Positions 38,766-48,889 of a stretch of 64,000 nt of DNA are shown piece by piece (the stretch's first letter is position 1; each line of letters starts with the position of its first letter). Under the pieces are notes generated by a model. It searched no databases and was not told where the DNA came from. It saw nothing but the letters and a program-made list of their open reading frames with translations. The DNA lies in the NCBI GenBank assembly GCA_963720355.1, contig CAVRFH010000001.1, forward strand, positions 604,244-668,243, in the 5' to 3' direction. The DNA is from an uncultured Chloroflexia bacterium. GTDB taxonomy: Bacteria > Chloroflexota > Limnocylindria > Limnocylindrales > CSP1-4. The translations under genes and the position numbers were made by a program.

Positions 38766-39754
38766 GCGGTCGCCCCGATCACCTCGACCAGCAACGCCTT
38801 CTGGACGTGCAGGCGGTTCTCCGACTGGTCGAAGATGAGGCTGCGCGGCCCGTCCATCACGGACGAGGTGATCTCCTCGCCGCGATGTGCCGGCAGACAG
38901 TGCATGGCCACCGCGTCGGGGCCGGCGGCGGCCATGAGGTCGTCGTCGACCCGGTAGGCGGCGAACGCGTCGCGGCGGGACTCCGTCTCGACCTCCTGTC
39001 CCATCGACGTCCAGGCGTCGGTGTAGACGACGTCGGCACCGCGGACCAGCTCGTGCGGGTCCTGCCCGAAGACGAGGCGGCCGCCGCTGTCCGCGGCGCG
39101 CGCGCGGGCGTTCTCGACGATCCGCGCATCGGGGCCATAGCCCGTCGGATGGGCGAGGCGGACCTCCATGCCGAACGCGGCGCCGACGAGCGCCAGCGAG
39201 TGGTACACGTTGTTGCCATCACCGACGAACGTCAGGACCACCCCGTCGAGCCGGCCGAAGCGTTCGCGGATCGTGAAGATGTCGGCGAGCGCCTGGCACG
39301 GGTGCTCGCGCAGGGTGAGCCCGTTGACGACCGGTACGGACGCCTGGGCGGCGAGCTCGAGGACGACCTCGTGCGGACCGGTCCGGGCCACGATCGCGTC
39401 GACGAACCGCTCGAGGTTGCGAGCGACGTCGCGGACGGCCTCACGGGCACCCATCACGGTGTCCTCGGGCAGGTAGATCGCCGCACCCCCGAGCTGGGTC
39501 ATGCCGGCCTCGAACGTGACCCGCGTGCGGAGGCTCGGCTTCTGGAAGAGCATGGCCAGCGTCCGGCCGGCGAGCAGCGCCCGAGCATGTCGACGGCTCG
39601 CCCGGAACTCGGCCTTGAGATCGACCGCGGTCTCGAAGACCCGCTCGACCTCGCCGGCAGACAGATCCGCCGCGCTGATCAGATCCCGCCCGACGAGCGA
39701 CGCGGTCGCGGTGGTGTTGGTCACATGCACGCCCGTCACTGTAGCGGGCCGCAT
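38762..39754 (-). CDS. argF: Ornithine carbamoyltransferase
   Basis: Contains FQKPSLRTR, HPCQALAD, DGNNV and HCLPAHRGEE. The start could be a downstream GTG (VHVTNT...). Confidence 0.85.
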   Translation of the reverse strand: MRPATVTGVHVTNTTATASLVGRDLISAADLSAGEVERVFETAVDLKAEFRASRRHARALLAGRTLAMLFQKPSLRTRVTFEAGMTQLGGAAIYLPEDTVMGAREAVRDVARNLERFVDAIVARTGPHEVVLELAAQASVPVVNGLTLREHPCQALADIFTIRERFGRLDGVVLTFVGDGNNVYHSLALVGAAFGMEVRLAHPTGYGPDARIVENARARAADSGGRLVFGQDPHELVRGADVVYTDAWTSMGQEVETESRRDAFAAYRVDDDLMAAAGPDAVAMHCLPAHRGEEITSSVMDGPRSLIFDQSENRLHVQKALLVEVIGATA

Positions 39755-39775
39755 CGTGACCGCGAGGTGGGGCCG

Positions 39776-40174
39776 TTAGCGCTTCGTGTACTGGGGCGCC
39801 TTGCGGGCACGCTTGAGGCCATACTTCTTGCGCTCGCGCATGCGCGGATCGCGCGTAAGGAGGCCGGCCTGACGAAGCGGCAGGCGATTCGCGTCCTCAT
39901 CGACCTCGAGCAGCGCCCGGGCGATGCCGTGGCGGATGGCGCCGGCCTGGCCGTGCACGCCGCCACCCTCGACCTTGATCATCGCGTTGAAGCGACCCTC
40001 GGTCCCGGTGACGCGGAACGGCATGCGGACCTCGGCCTCGTTGACGGCATTGCCGAAGTGCTCATCGAGCGATCGACCGTTGACGACGATCTCGCCCTCA
40101 CCCGGCAGGAGCCGAACGCGGGCGATGGCCGTCTTGCGACGACCGGTGCCGGAGTAGAAGGCGGGGATGGACAT
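39776..40174 (-). CDS. rpsI: 30S ribosomal protein S9
   Basis: 132 aa; ...[19 protein letters not shown]... with C-terminal ...RKAPQYTKR. Confidence 0.95.
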   Translation of the reverse strand: MSIPAFYSGTGRRKTAIARVRLLPGEGEIVVNGRSLDEHFGNAVNEAEVRMPFRVTGTEGRFNAMIKVEGGGVHGQAGAIRHGIARALLEVDEDANRLPLRQAGLLTRDPRMRERKKYGLKRARKAPQYTKR

Positions 40175-40191
40175 GTCGGATGCGCTCCTCG

Positions 40192-40623
40192 TCAGGCGAG
40201 CGGTTCAGGCTGCTGAGCCTGGTGGGGATGGTCGGCGTCGGCGTAGATCTTCAGCTTGCGCAGCTGCTGGGTGCCGAGGCGGTTGTGCGGCAGCATGCCC
40301 TTCACGGCGCGGCGGATGACCTCCTCCGGCCGGCGCTCGAGGAGGTGACCGAGGGTCTCCTCCTTGAAGCCCTGGGGATAGCCGCTGTGGCGGGCGTAGA
40401 CCTTGCTCTCGAGCTTGTCGCTGGTCACGGCGATGCGCCGCGCGTTCAGCACGATCACGTGGTCGCCCGAGTCGAGATTGGGCTGGTAGGTCGGCTTGTG
40501 CTTGCCTTCGAGAACGCGCGCGATGCGCGAGGCAAGGCGACCCAGCGTCTGGTCGGTCGCATCCACGACGAACCAGCGCCGTTCGATCTCGCTTGCCCGG
40601 ATCGCGATGGTCTTCGCGTTCAT
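40192..40623 (-). CDS. rplM: 50S ribosomal protein L13
   Basis: [32 protein letters not shown]... The ATG overlaps the truA stop (ATGA). Confidence 0.95.
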   Translation of the reverse strand: MNAKTIAIRASEIERRWFVVDATDQTLGRLASRIARVLEGKHKPTYQPNLDSGDHVIVLNARRIAVTSDKLESKVYARHSGYPQGFKEETLGHLLERRPEEVIRRAVKGMLPHNRLGTQQLRKLKIYADADHPHQAQQPEPLA

Positions 40624-41435
40624 CGTTCCTCGTTCTCTCCGTTCGCTTCGTTTGCGACCCGCCGCCCGATGGCGACGTGCCGGAGGCACAGCCCCTTCGC
40701 TGGAGCCGCGGGCCCCTTGGCCGCCGAGCCCGGTTCGGCGAGTGCCGTCCGGACCCGTTCGATATCCGTCTTGCCGAGACCGACCTCCAGGAGGAGGCCG
40801 ACCATGCGTCGGACCTGACCCCGCAGGAACGAGTCGGCCCGGACGTCGATCGTCACATCGCGGCCGGATCGTCGGACCCGGACCGCCATGACGGTCCGGA
40901 CCGGGGTCCGATCCCCCGCCCCGAAGGCCCGGAAGTCGTGCCGGCCGATGAAGGCCGACGCGGCTCGTGCCATCGCGGCGGTGTCGAGCGGGTCCCGCAC
41001 CCCGAGCGCCGTTCGCTCGCGGAGCGGACTTGGCGGCCCGTTCCAGACGGTGTAGCGGTAGTCTCGATACCGCGCCGCGTAGCGAGGGTTGAACCCGGCC
41101 GGTGCCGGACGCAGATCGCGGACCGCGACATCCCGTGGCAGGATCGCCTCGAGCGCCGTGGCCAGCTCGGAGGTGCCGAGGCGTCCGTCGTACGAGAAGG
41201 CGATGACCTGTCCCGTGGCGTGGACGCCGGCGTCCGTGCGGCCGGCCCCGTCGACCCGCCGGACCACCCCGTCACCGAGGCGCGCCAGCGCGTCTTGCAG
41301 GACCCCCTGGACCGTCCGTTTCCCAGGATTGCCCTGGAACCCGGCGAAGTCCGTTCCGTCATATTCCACCAGGGCGCGATAGCGTCCTGGGGCAGCCTCT
41401 CGGCCACCAGCTCGGTCGGCGCTCGGCCAGCTCAT
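40620..41435 (-). CDS. truA: tRNA pseudouridine(38-40) synthase
   Basis: Contains [17 protein letters not shown], the catalytic GRTDAGVHA, and [11 protein letters not shown]. The start is taken at the ATG at 41435, which lies inside repeat copy A and follows GGAGG by 13 nt. The ORF stays open up to 41525. Confidence 0.85.
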   Translation of the reverse strand: MSWPSADRAGGREAAPGRYRALVEYDGTDFAGFQGNPGKRTVQGVLQDALARLGDGVVRRVDGAGRTDAGVHATGQVIAFSYDGRLGTSELATALEAILPRDVAVRDLRPAPAGFNPRYAARYRDYRYTVWNGPPSPLRERTALGVRDPLDTAAMARAASAFIGRHDFRAFGAGDRTPVRTVMAVRVRRSGRDVTIDVRADSFLRGQVRRMVGLLLEVGLGKTDIERVRTALAEPGSAAKGPAAPAKGLCLRHVAIGRRVANEANGENEER

Positions 41436-41522
41436 TCGTGCGTTGGAGCCTCCGCGCCCTCGCTCACGCACCTTGGGGTGCGCTCGCTCAGGTGCTCGTC
41501 TCCGCCTTCCGCTGAGCTCGGC
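41430..41522 (-). repeat. Intergenic repeat, copy A (rplQ-truA spacer)
   Basis: About four-fifths identical by hand alignment over ~94 nt to 48757..48850. Contains the hairpin cgcacc/ggtgcg (41467-41482), GGAGG and the ATGAGC start. Confidence 0.7.
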
Positions 41523-41551
41523 CAACCGCCGATTCGCAGTTCGATCTTCAG

Positions 41552-41905
41552 TTAGACAAGTTCGATTTGCACGATTTCGGCGGCATCGCCGCGGCGCTGC
41601 CCGATGCGGACGATCCGGGTGAAGCCGGACGACCGGTCGGCGTACTTGGGCGCGATCTCGTCGAACAGCTTGGTCACGACGAGAGGCTCGTTGGGAAACT
41701 GGGCGACGACCGCTCGGCGTGCCGCGAGGTCGCCTCGCTTGGCGAGCGTGATGACCTTCTCGACGCGCCCGCTGATCTCCTTGGCCTTGGCCTCGGTCGT
41801 CTTGACGCGCTCGTATCGAAGGACGGACACGGTCAGGTTCTTGAACAGGCTCATCCGCGGACCTTGCTTGCGGCTGAGCTTGCGTCCGCCGATCCGATGG
41901 GCCAC
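41552..41905 (-). CDS. rplQ: 50S ribosomal protein L17
   Basis: 117 aa from a GTG; HRIGGRKLSRKQGPRMSLFKNL...GDAAEIVQIELV. Confidence 0.95.
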   Translation of the reverse strand: MAHRIGGRKLSRKQGPRMSLFKNLTVSVLRYERVKTTEAKAKEISGRVEKVITLAKRGDLAARRAVVAQFPNEPLVVTKLFDEIAPKYADRSSGFTRIVRIGQRRGDAAEIVQIELV

Positions 41906-41908
41906 GGG

Positions 41909-42900
41909 TCAGGCCTCGGGCTCGTCCTCGAACGGCTCTTCGCCGTCGAGCTCATCGAGGCCATCGGTCTCGCTGTCGGGGACGATGAAGCCGCGCATGC
42001 GCAGGCGCTCCTTCATTTCGTCGAGCGACTTCTTGCCGAAGTTGCGCATGCGCAGGAGGTCGTCGTCCTTGAGCTGCAGCAGCTGCCCGACCTTGACGAT
42101 GTTGTTGCGCTTGAGCGAGTTGTAGGCACGCATCGGGAGGTCGAGCTCCTCGATGGGCATGTCGAGCATGTTCGGGGGCAGGGCGGCGACGCCGGTCGCC
42201 GCGACAGCCGGCGACGGCCGCCATGCCGACCGTTACGAACGGGCGGAACTGGTGGACGAGGATCTCGGCCGAGCGGCTGAGCGCTTCCTCGGGCGTGATC
42301 GTCCCGTCGGTCTCGATCTCGATCGTGAGCTTGTCGAAGTTGGTCATCTGACCGACGCGCATGCTCTCGACCCAGTAGTTGACCTTGCGGACCGGGCGTG
42401 AAGATCGCGTCGACCGCGATCACGCCGATCGGCAGCGCCTCGGCGCGTTCGGCGCCGAGATAGCCGACGCCGCGCTCGACCGTGAGGTCCATCTCGATCG
42501 TCACGTCGTCGGTGTCGATCGTCATCATGACGAGCTCCGGATTGACGATCTCGACGTCGGCCGATTCGGCGATGTCGGCGGCCGTCACCGCGCCGGCGCC
42601 GCTCTTGATGAGCCGGAGCTGGACGGGATGGGCCGCGAAGCTCTTGAGACGCAGCTTCTTGACGTTCAGGACGATCTGGGTGACGTCTTCCTTGACGCCG
42701 GGGATCGTCGAGAACTCCTGGTAGACGTCGCGGATCTGGATGCTCGTGACCGCCGCGCCCTCGAGCGACGAGAGCAGCACGCGCCGCAGGGCATTGCCGA
42801 GGGTGACGCCGTAGCCGGCCTGGAGGGGGCCGGCCTCGTACTTGGCGTACGTGCCGACTTCCTCGACGGGCTCGATCTGCGGGTTCTCGAGTTCGATCAT
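41909..42900 (-). CDS. rpoA: DNA-directed RNA polymerase alpha subunit, interrupted by at least 2 apparent indels
   Basis: [14 protein letters not shown]...AVDAIFTP is in one frame. ([10 protein letters not shown])[20 protein letters not shown] is in ORF 41952..42362. The alpha-CTD ...[21 protein letters not shown]... is in ORF 41909..42169. The frames join at about 42392 and about 42215. Confidence 0.85.
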
Positions 42901-42910
42901 GATGGGGCTG

Positions 42911-43541
42911 TTACCTCGAGTAGTACTCGACCACGAGCTGCTCGTTGAGATCGAGCGGCATCTGGTCGCGGCTGGGCGGCGTGACGATGGAGCCGGACAG
43001 GTTCGGGGCGTCGAGCGCAAGCCACTCGGGCGCCTGATGGTTGCGGAGCGTCTCCTTGACGACCTTGAACGGCTCGCGTCGCGGCGCGATCTCGCGGACC
43101 TCGAACTGGTCGCCCGGCTTGAGCTGGTACGAGGGGATGTTCGTGGGGACGGCCGTTGACCGCGAAGTGGCCGTGCGACGACGAGCTGGCGGGCGGCTGC
43201 GCGCGACGGGCGCGAAGCCCAGCGCGGTAGACGACGTTGTCCAGCCGCAGCTCGAGCGAGCGCAGCAGGTTCTCGCCGGTCACGCCGGGGCGGGTCTCGG
43301 CCTCGATGAAGTAGTTGCGGAACTGGCGCTCGAGCACGCCGTAGGTGCGGCGGACCTTCTGCTTCTCGCGCAGCTGCAGGCCGTACTCGCCGACCTTGCG
43401 GCGGCGGACGCCGTGCTGGCCCGGGGGCGTGGGCCGGCGCTCGAAGGCGCACTTCTTGGTATAGCAGCGCGTGCCCTTCAGGAAGAGCTTGGCGCCCTCG
43501 CGCCGGCAGATGCGGCAGACGGATCCGGTGTATCGAGCCAT
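42911..43541 (-). CDS. rpsD: 30S ribosomal protein S4, interrupted by several apparent indels
   Basis: [26 protein letters not shown]... (Zn-ribbon form) then ...[11 protein letters not shown]. The tail ...[15 protein letters not shown]...[10 protein letters not shown] is only recovered by shifting frame at about 43150-43230. Confidence 0.85.
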
Positions 43542-43554
43542 GGATCGCTCGGAC

Positions 43555-43954
43555 TCAGACGCGGCGCCGCTTGGGCGGGCGGCAGCCGTTGTGCGGGATG
43601 GGGGTGACGTCGGTGATGGCGTGACCTCGAGGCCGGCGGCCTGGAGCGACCGGATCGCCTGCTCGCGGCCGGCGCCCGGGCCCTTCACGTAGACCTCGAC
43701 CTGGCGCATGCCGTGCTCCATCGCCCGCTTGGCGGCGCCGTCGGCGCGTCAGCGCGGCGGCGTAGGCGTGCTCTTGCGCGAGCCCTTGAAGCCGGCCACG
43801 CCCGCCGAGCCCCAGCTGATGACCGCACCGGTTGAGGTCGGTGATCGTGATGATCGTGTTGTTGAACGTGGCCTGGATGTGGGCGTGCCCCTGCGGGACG
43901 TTCTTGCGTTCTCCCGCGCGACGCTGCTTGACCGGCGCTGCTTGCGTCCGCCAT
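43555..43954 (-). CDS. rpsK: 30S ribosomal protein S11, interrupted by several apparent indels
   Basis: The pieces [62 protein letters not shown] and (I)[19 protein letters not shown] lie in different frames. Confidence 0.85.
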
Positions 43955-43974
43955 GCCGTCGGTCGAGTCCCTCG

Positions 43975-44346
43975 TCACTTCTTGCGCCGGACGCCGACCG
44001 TCTTCTTCGGTCCGCGTCGCTGGCGGGCGTTGGTCTTGGTTCGCTGGCCGCGGACCGGCAGGTTGCGCCGATGGCGCAGGCCCCGGTACGAGCCGATCTC
44101 GATGAGGCGCTTGATGTTCAGCGCGACCTCGCGGCGCAGGTCACCCTCGACCTTGTAGCGGCGGTCGATCAGCTCGCGCAGCCGGTTGACCTGGTCCTCG
44201 GTCAGGTCGCGGACCCGCGTGTCCGGGTTGATGTTGGTCTGGGCCAGGATCTTCTGGCTGGTGGGCAGGCCGATCCCGAAGATGTAGGTCAGGGCGATCT
44301 CGACCCGCTTCTCGCGCGGGATGTCGACGCCGGCGATGCGTGCCAT
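43975..44346 (-). CDS. rpsM: 30S ribosomal protein S13
   Basis: Intact 123 aa; [26 protein letters not shown]... Confidence 0.95.
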   Translation of the reverse strand: MARIAGVDIPREKRVEIALTYIFGIGLPTSQKILAQTNINPDTRVRDLTEDQVNRLRELIDRRYKVEGDLRREVALNIKRLIEIGSYRGLRHRRNLPVRGQRTKTNARQRRGPKKTVGVRRKK

Positions 44347-44349
44347 CGG

Positions 44350-44463
44350 CTAGCCCTGCCGCTGCTTGTGCTTGGGGTTGGTGCAGATGACCATCACGGT
44401 GCCGTGGCGCCGGATGACCTTGCAGTTGTCGCAGCGCGCCTTGACGGAAGCTCTGACTTTCAA
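44350..44463 (-). CDS. rpmJ: 50S ribosomal protein L36 (zinc-binding form)
   Basis: Not in the ORF track. The minus strand from the TTG at 44463 reads (M)[36 protein letters not shown] with a stop at 44350-44352. Confidence 0.85.
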   Translation of the reverse strand: MKVRASVKARCDNCKVIRRHGTVMVICTNPKHKQRQG

Positions 44464-44495
44464 CGGATCCTCGATCGTGTGCGTGTGGGACGTGC

Positions 44496-44714
44496 TTACT
44501 TGAGCCGGTAGGTGATGCGGCCGCGGGTGAGGTCGTACGGCGACAACTCGACGCGGACCCGGTCACCGGGCAGGATCCGGATGAAGTTCATCCGGAGCTT
44601 GCCGCTGATGTGGGCGAGCACCCGATGGCCGTTCTCGAGCTCGACGGCGAACATCGTGTTGGGGAGCGGCTCGATGACCGTTCCCTCGACTTCGATCGCG
44701 TCCTTCTTGGCCAC
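44496..44714 (-). CDS. infA: Translation initiation factor IF-1
   Basis: Intact 72 aa; [50 protein letters not shown]. Confidence 0.95.
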   Translation of the reverse strand: MAKKDAIEVEGTVIEPLPNTMFAVELENGHRVLAHISGKLRMNFIRILPGDRVRVELSPYDLTRGRITYRLK

Positions 44715-44816
44715 AGGTCGTGTTGCTTCCCTTTCTCACGCGGAGTGCCGGCCCGGACGGGGCCGACACACGAACGCGTAGCGTATCAAAGCAGCGGGCA
44801 AACTCCGGACCGACGG

Positions 44817-45609
44817 TCATGACGGCGATGGCTCCATCGACGCGTCGGTCAGGATCTTCGGGCCCATCGTCGGTCACGGCGATGGTGTGCTCGAAATGGG
44901 CGGCCAGCGAGCCATCCACGGTCGACGACGGTCCAGCCGTCGTCCAGGATGTCGACCTCGTGGCTCGCCCAGCGTGAACATCGGCTCGATGGCCAGGCAC
45001 AGGCCGGGCTCGAGCTTGCGACCCGCGTCGCCCGTGCGGAAGTTGGGGACCTGCGGCTCCTCGTGCATCTCGGTGCCGATGCCGTGGCCGACGAACTGGC
45101 GCACGATGCCGAAGCCGTGCGGTCCGGCCACGTCCTCGACGGCCGCCGCGATGTCGCTCGATGTGGTTGCCCGGGCACGGCAGCGGCGATGCCGGCCATC
45201 ATCGCCTCACGGGTCGTATCGATCAGCTGCTGGACTCGGCGCTGGCGGCGTCACCGACGAAGAAGGTCCGGGCCGCGTCGCCGTGCCAGCCGTCGACGAT
45301 GGCGCCGGCGTCGATCGACACGATCTGGCCCTCGCGGATCGTCCGGTCGCCGGGGATGCCGTGGACGATCTCGTCGTCGAGCGAGATGCACAAGCTGGCC
45401 GGGAACGGCCGTCGCGGGTTGACGCCGGGGTAGCCCATGAACGACGGGATCGCGCCGGCGGCGCGGATGTGGGCCTCGGCGAGGCGGTCGAGATGGCCGG
45501 TCGTGACGCCGGGCTTGAGCTCGCGCTCGACGAGGGCCAGGACCTCGGCGACGACCCGCCCGGCCCGACGCATGCTGGCGATCTCGGCGCGTGACTTGCG
45601 GGTGACCAT
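44817..45609 (-). CDS. map: Methionine aminopeptidase type I, interrupted by about 5 apparent indels
   Basis: The pieces MVTRKSRAEIASMRRAG...SIDAGAIVDGWHGDAARTFFVG, MMAGIAAAVPG, FVGHGIGTEMHEEPQVPNF...LAIEPMF, DDGWTVV and SLAAHFEHTIAVTDDGPE(ILT) are spread over three frames. Confidence 0.8.
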
Positions 45610-45611
45610 CG

Positions 45612-46286
<675 letters not shown>

Positions 46287-46295
46287 CGTCGCCCT

Positions 46296-46350
46296 TGCGC
46301 CACCTCGTCGGCGAGGTGCGTGAGCGAGCGCGCGCAGTGAGCAACGCCCG
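46296..46350 (+). repeat. Intergenic repeat, copy C (secY-adk spacer), inverted relative to copies A and B
   Basis: Plus strand 46314-46334 (aggtgcgtgagcgagcgcgcg) is identical to the minus strand of copy B. It is preceded by its own hairpin cacctcg-tcgg-cgaggtg (46301-46318). Confidence 0.6.
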
Positions 46351-46378
46351 GAGGGGCCGCCAGCGTCGCCGCGCGCCT

Positions 46379-47655
46379 CATCGGATGAAGCCTTCGTAGT
46401 TGCGCATCATCAACTGCGCCTCGATCTGCTTCATCGTCTCGACGACGACCGAGACCACGATGAGCAGGCCGTGCCGCCGAGCCCGATCGCGCCGAGGTCC
46501 GGGAAGATGACCCCGACGATGGTCGGCGACACGGCCACGATGCCCAGGAACATCGCCCCGGCGAAGGTGATCCGCGGAGACGACCTTGGCGAGGTAGTCC
46601 TGGGTCGGACGGCCCGGCCGGATGCCCGGGATGAACCCGCCGTTCTTGCGCAGCTGCTCGGCCGTCTCGTCCGGTTTGAACGTGAACGCCGTGTAGAAGT
46701 ACGTGAAGCCGACCGTCAGCAGGAAGTACAGCCCGATGTACAGCCGGAGTTCGGGTTGAACAGGAAGATGACCCGCTCGGCGATGTCTTCGACGACGCCG
46801 ATCTCCGAGGCCGTGAAGTACGAGGCGAGCTGCACCGGGAACAGCAGGATGCTGACGGCGAAGATGATCGGGATCACGCCGGCCTGGTTGACACGCAGCG
46901 GCAGGAACGTCTGGCCGCCCTGGTACATCCGGCGCCCGCGCACCCGGCTGGCGTACTGGACGGGGATCCGCCGCTGGCCTTCCTGGATGTAGATGATCAC
47001 CGCGACCGCGGCGATCGCCACGAGACCGAACGCGATGAGCGCGGCGAGTTCGGGTTGACCGTGAACGCGCCGATCGCGCCCGGTGCCTGGCTGACGATGC
47101 CCGCGAAGATGATGAAGCTGATGCCGTTGCCGATGCCCCGCTCGGTGATGAGCTCGCCGACCCACATCAGAGCGACCGCGCCCGCGGTCAGCGTCGCGAT
47201 CTGGGTCAGGGTGTCGAAGCTGCCGAGATCGAACCGCCCGGTCAGGACGTGTTGCTGTTGAGGAGGGCGAGGAAGCCGTACGACTGCAGCATCGCCATCG
47301 GGACGGACAGGTAGCGCGTGTACTGGTTGATCCGGTTGCGCCCGTATTCACCCTCGCGGCTGAGGGCCTGGAGCGAGGGCACGACGCCCTGCATCAACTG
47401 CATGATGATCGACGCGTTGATGTACGGGTTCATGCCGAGGGCCACGACCGAGAAGTTCGACAGGCCACCGCCGGAGAACAGGTTCAGCAGCCCGAACAGC
47501 GGGTTCGCCTCCAGGAAGGCGGCGAGCTGCGCCCGATCGACGCCCGGCACCGGCACGGCGGCCAGGAACCGGAAGGCGATCAGCAGCCCCAGGACGAACA
47601 GGATCCGGCGCCGGATGTCCGGCGCTCGGAAGGCGTTCAGCAGCGATTCGAACAC
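46379..47655 (-). CDS. secY: Preprotein translocase subunit SecY, interrupted by about 6 apparent indels
   Basis: The N-terminal 137 aa are in ORF 47242..47655 (...[15 protein letters not shown]...). A middle block is in ORF 46716..47351 (...[38 protein letters not shown]...). The C-terminus ...[22 protein letters not shown] ends at the TGA at 46379-46381. Further shifts lie near 47250, 47060, 46735, 46575 and 46470. Confidence 0.85.
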
Positions 47656-47661
47656 GAGGAC

Positions 47662-48473
47662 CTAGCGATCGTCAGGTTCGGCGTCGTCCGTCGCGGTCGA
47701 CGCGTCATCGGCGTCGGTCGCTCCGGTCGGGTCGGTCGATCGGCATCGGCGGTCGCATCAGCGTCGGCCGTCACCGGCTCGGCAGCGACGTCCGCGGCCG
47801 TCTCGTCCTCAACCTCGGCGGGTGCCGCCACCTCGGCCTTGGCTTTCTTCGTCGATCGGGAGCGAGGCTTCGCGACCTCCGTGGCCGCCTCCGCGGCGGC
47901 GGGGGTCTCGGTGGCGGGGGTCTCGGCGGCCGGCTCGAGACCGATCGCCTTGACCGACTTCGTCGGCACCTCGAGGACCGACACGGTCCCGCCGGCGGCC
48001 TCGATCTTCGCCCGCGCCGAGCCGGTGAACGCGTCGGCCACGACGAACAGCGGCGCCGACAGCTCGCCCGCGCCCAGGATCTTGAGGGGCTTGCTCAGGC
48101 TTCGGACCAGCCCGACCGCGCGCAGGATGTCCTGGTTGACGGTGATCTGGGCGTCCGCCTTGGACGTGCCCTTCGCAGTCGGCGGAAGCTCGGGCTCGAG
48201 CGCCCCGCGCTCGACTGCCGCGGCGATGGCCCCGACGTTGACGACCTCGTACTCGAGCTTGAATCGGTTCTTGAAGCCACGCAGCTTCGGGATGCGGACG
48301 TGGAGCGGCGTCTGGCCGCCCTCGAACCAGGGCGGGATCGAGCCACCGGCTCGAGCCTTCTGGCCCTTCGTGCCGCGGCCGGCGGTCTTGCCCTTGCCGG
48401 CGGCGATGCCGCGGCCGACTCGCGTGCGTTCCTTGCGCGATCCCTCGGCGGGGCGCAGGTCATGGAGCTTCAT
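47662..48473 (-). CDS. rplO: 50S ribosomal protein L15 with a long acidic C-terminal extension; probable indel near the 3' end
   Basis: [38 protein letters not shown]... The ORF track runs to 47637 and overlaps secY. Shifting frame at about 47715-47735 keeps the D/A/T-rich composition (...[24 protein letters not shown]) and stops at the TAG at 47662-47664, 6 nt before the secY GTG. Confidence 0.85.
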
Positions 48474-48762
48474 GCCGTCTCCTCGGGGTCCGCGTCGCGG
48501 GTCGTGCCCTGGGACCCGCTGCGCTCGCGCGCCGAGTCGCCGATCTCCTCGACCGACACGAGGAAGCGCACCTGGCGGACCATGCCGCGGGTGGCGTCGT
48601 TGTCGGGCACGACGTTCGACGACCCGATCCCGTGCAGGCCGAGCGCCCGGACGGTGGCCCGGTTGCGCGCGATGTGGCTGATGTCGACTTGGTCTGGGTG
48701 ACCTTCAGCGCAGCCCGGGTCCCCCGACCTCCGCTTGTATCTCGCTCGCTGATGCGGCTCAT
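48470..48762 (-). CDS. rpmD: 50S ribosomal protein L30 with N- and C-terminal extensions, interrupted by one apparent 1-nt deletion
   Basis: From the ATG at 48762 the translation reads [27 protein letters not shown], then after a shift at about 48677-48692 reads [46 protein letters not shown]... The TGA overlaps the rplO ATG (ATGA). Confidence 0.8.
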
Positions 48763-48850
48763 GCCGGCGTTGCCTCCTCCGCGCGCTCGCTCACGCACCT
48801 TGCCGGTGCGCTCGGTCGCGTGCTCGTCAGCGCCTTGGCCTGAGCTCGCC
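48757..48850 (-). repeat. Intergenic repeat, copy B (rpsE-rpmD spacer)
   Basis: See copy A. Contains the hairpin cgcacc/ggtgcg (48794-48810), GGAGGAGG and the ATGAGC used as the rpmD start. Confidence 0.7.
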
Positions 48851-48889
48851 TCAGCGGCGATCTCCTGCGCTCGGTCGGACGCCCCGGGC

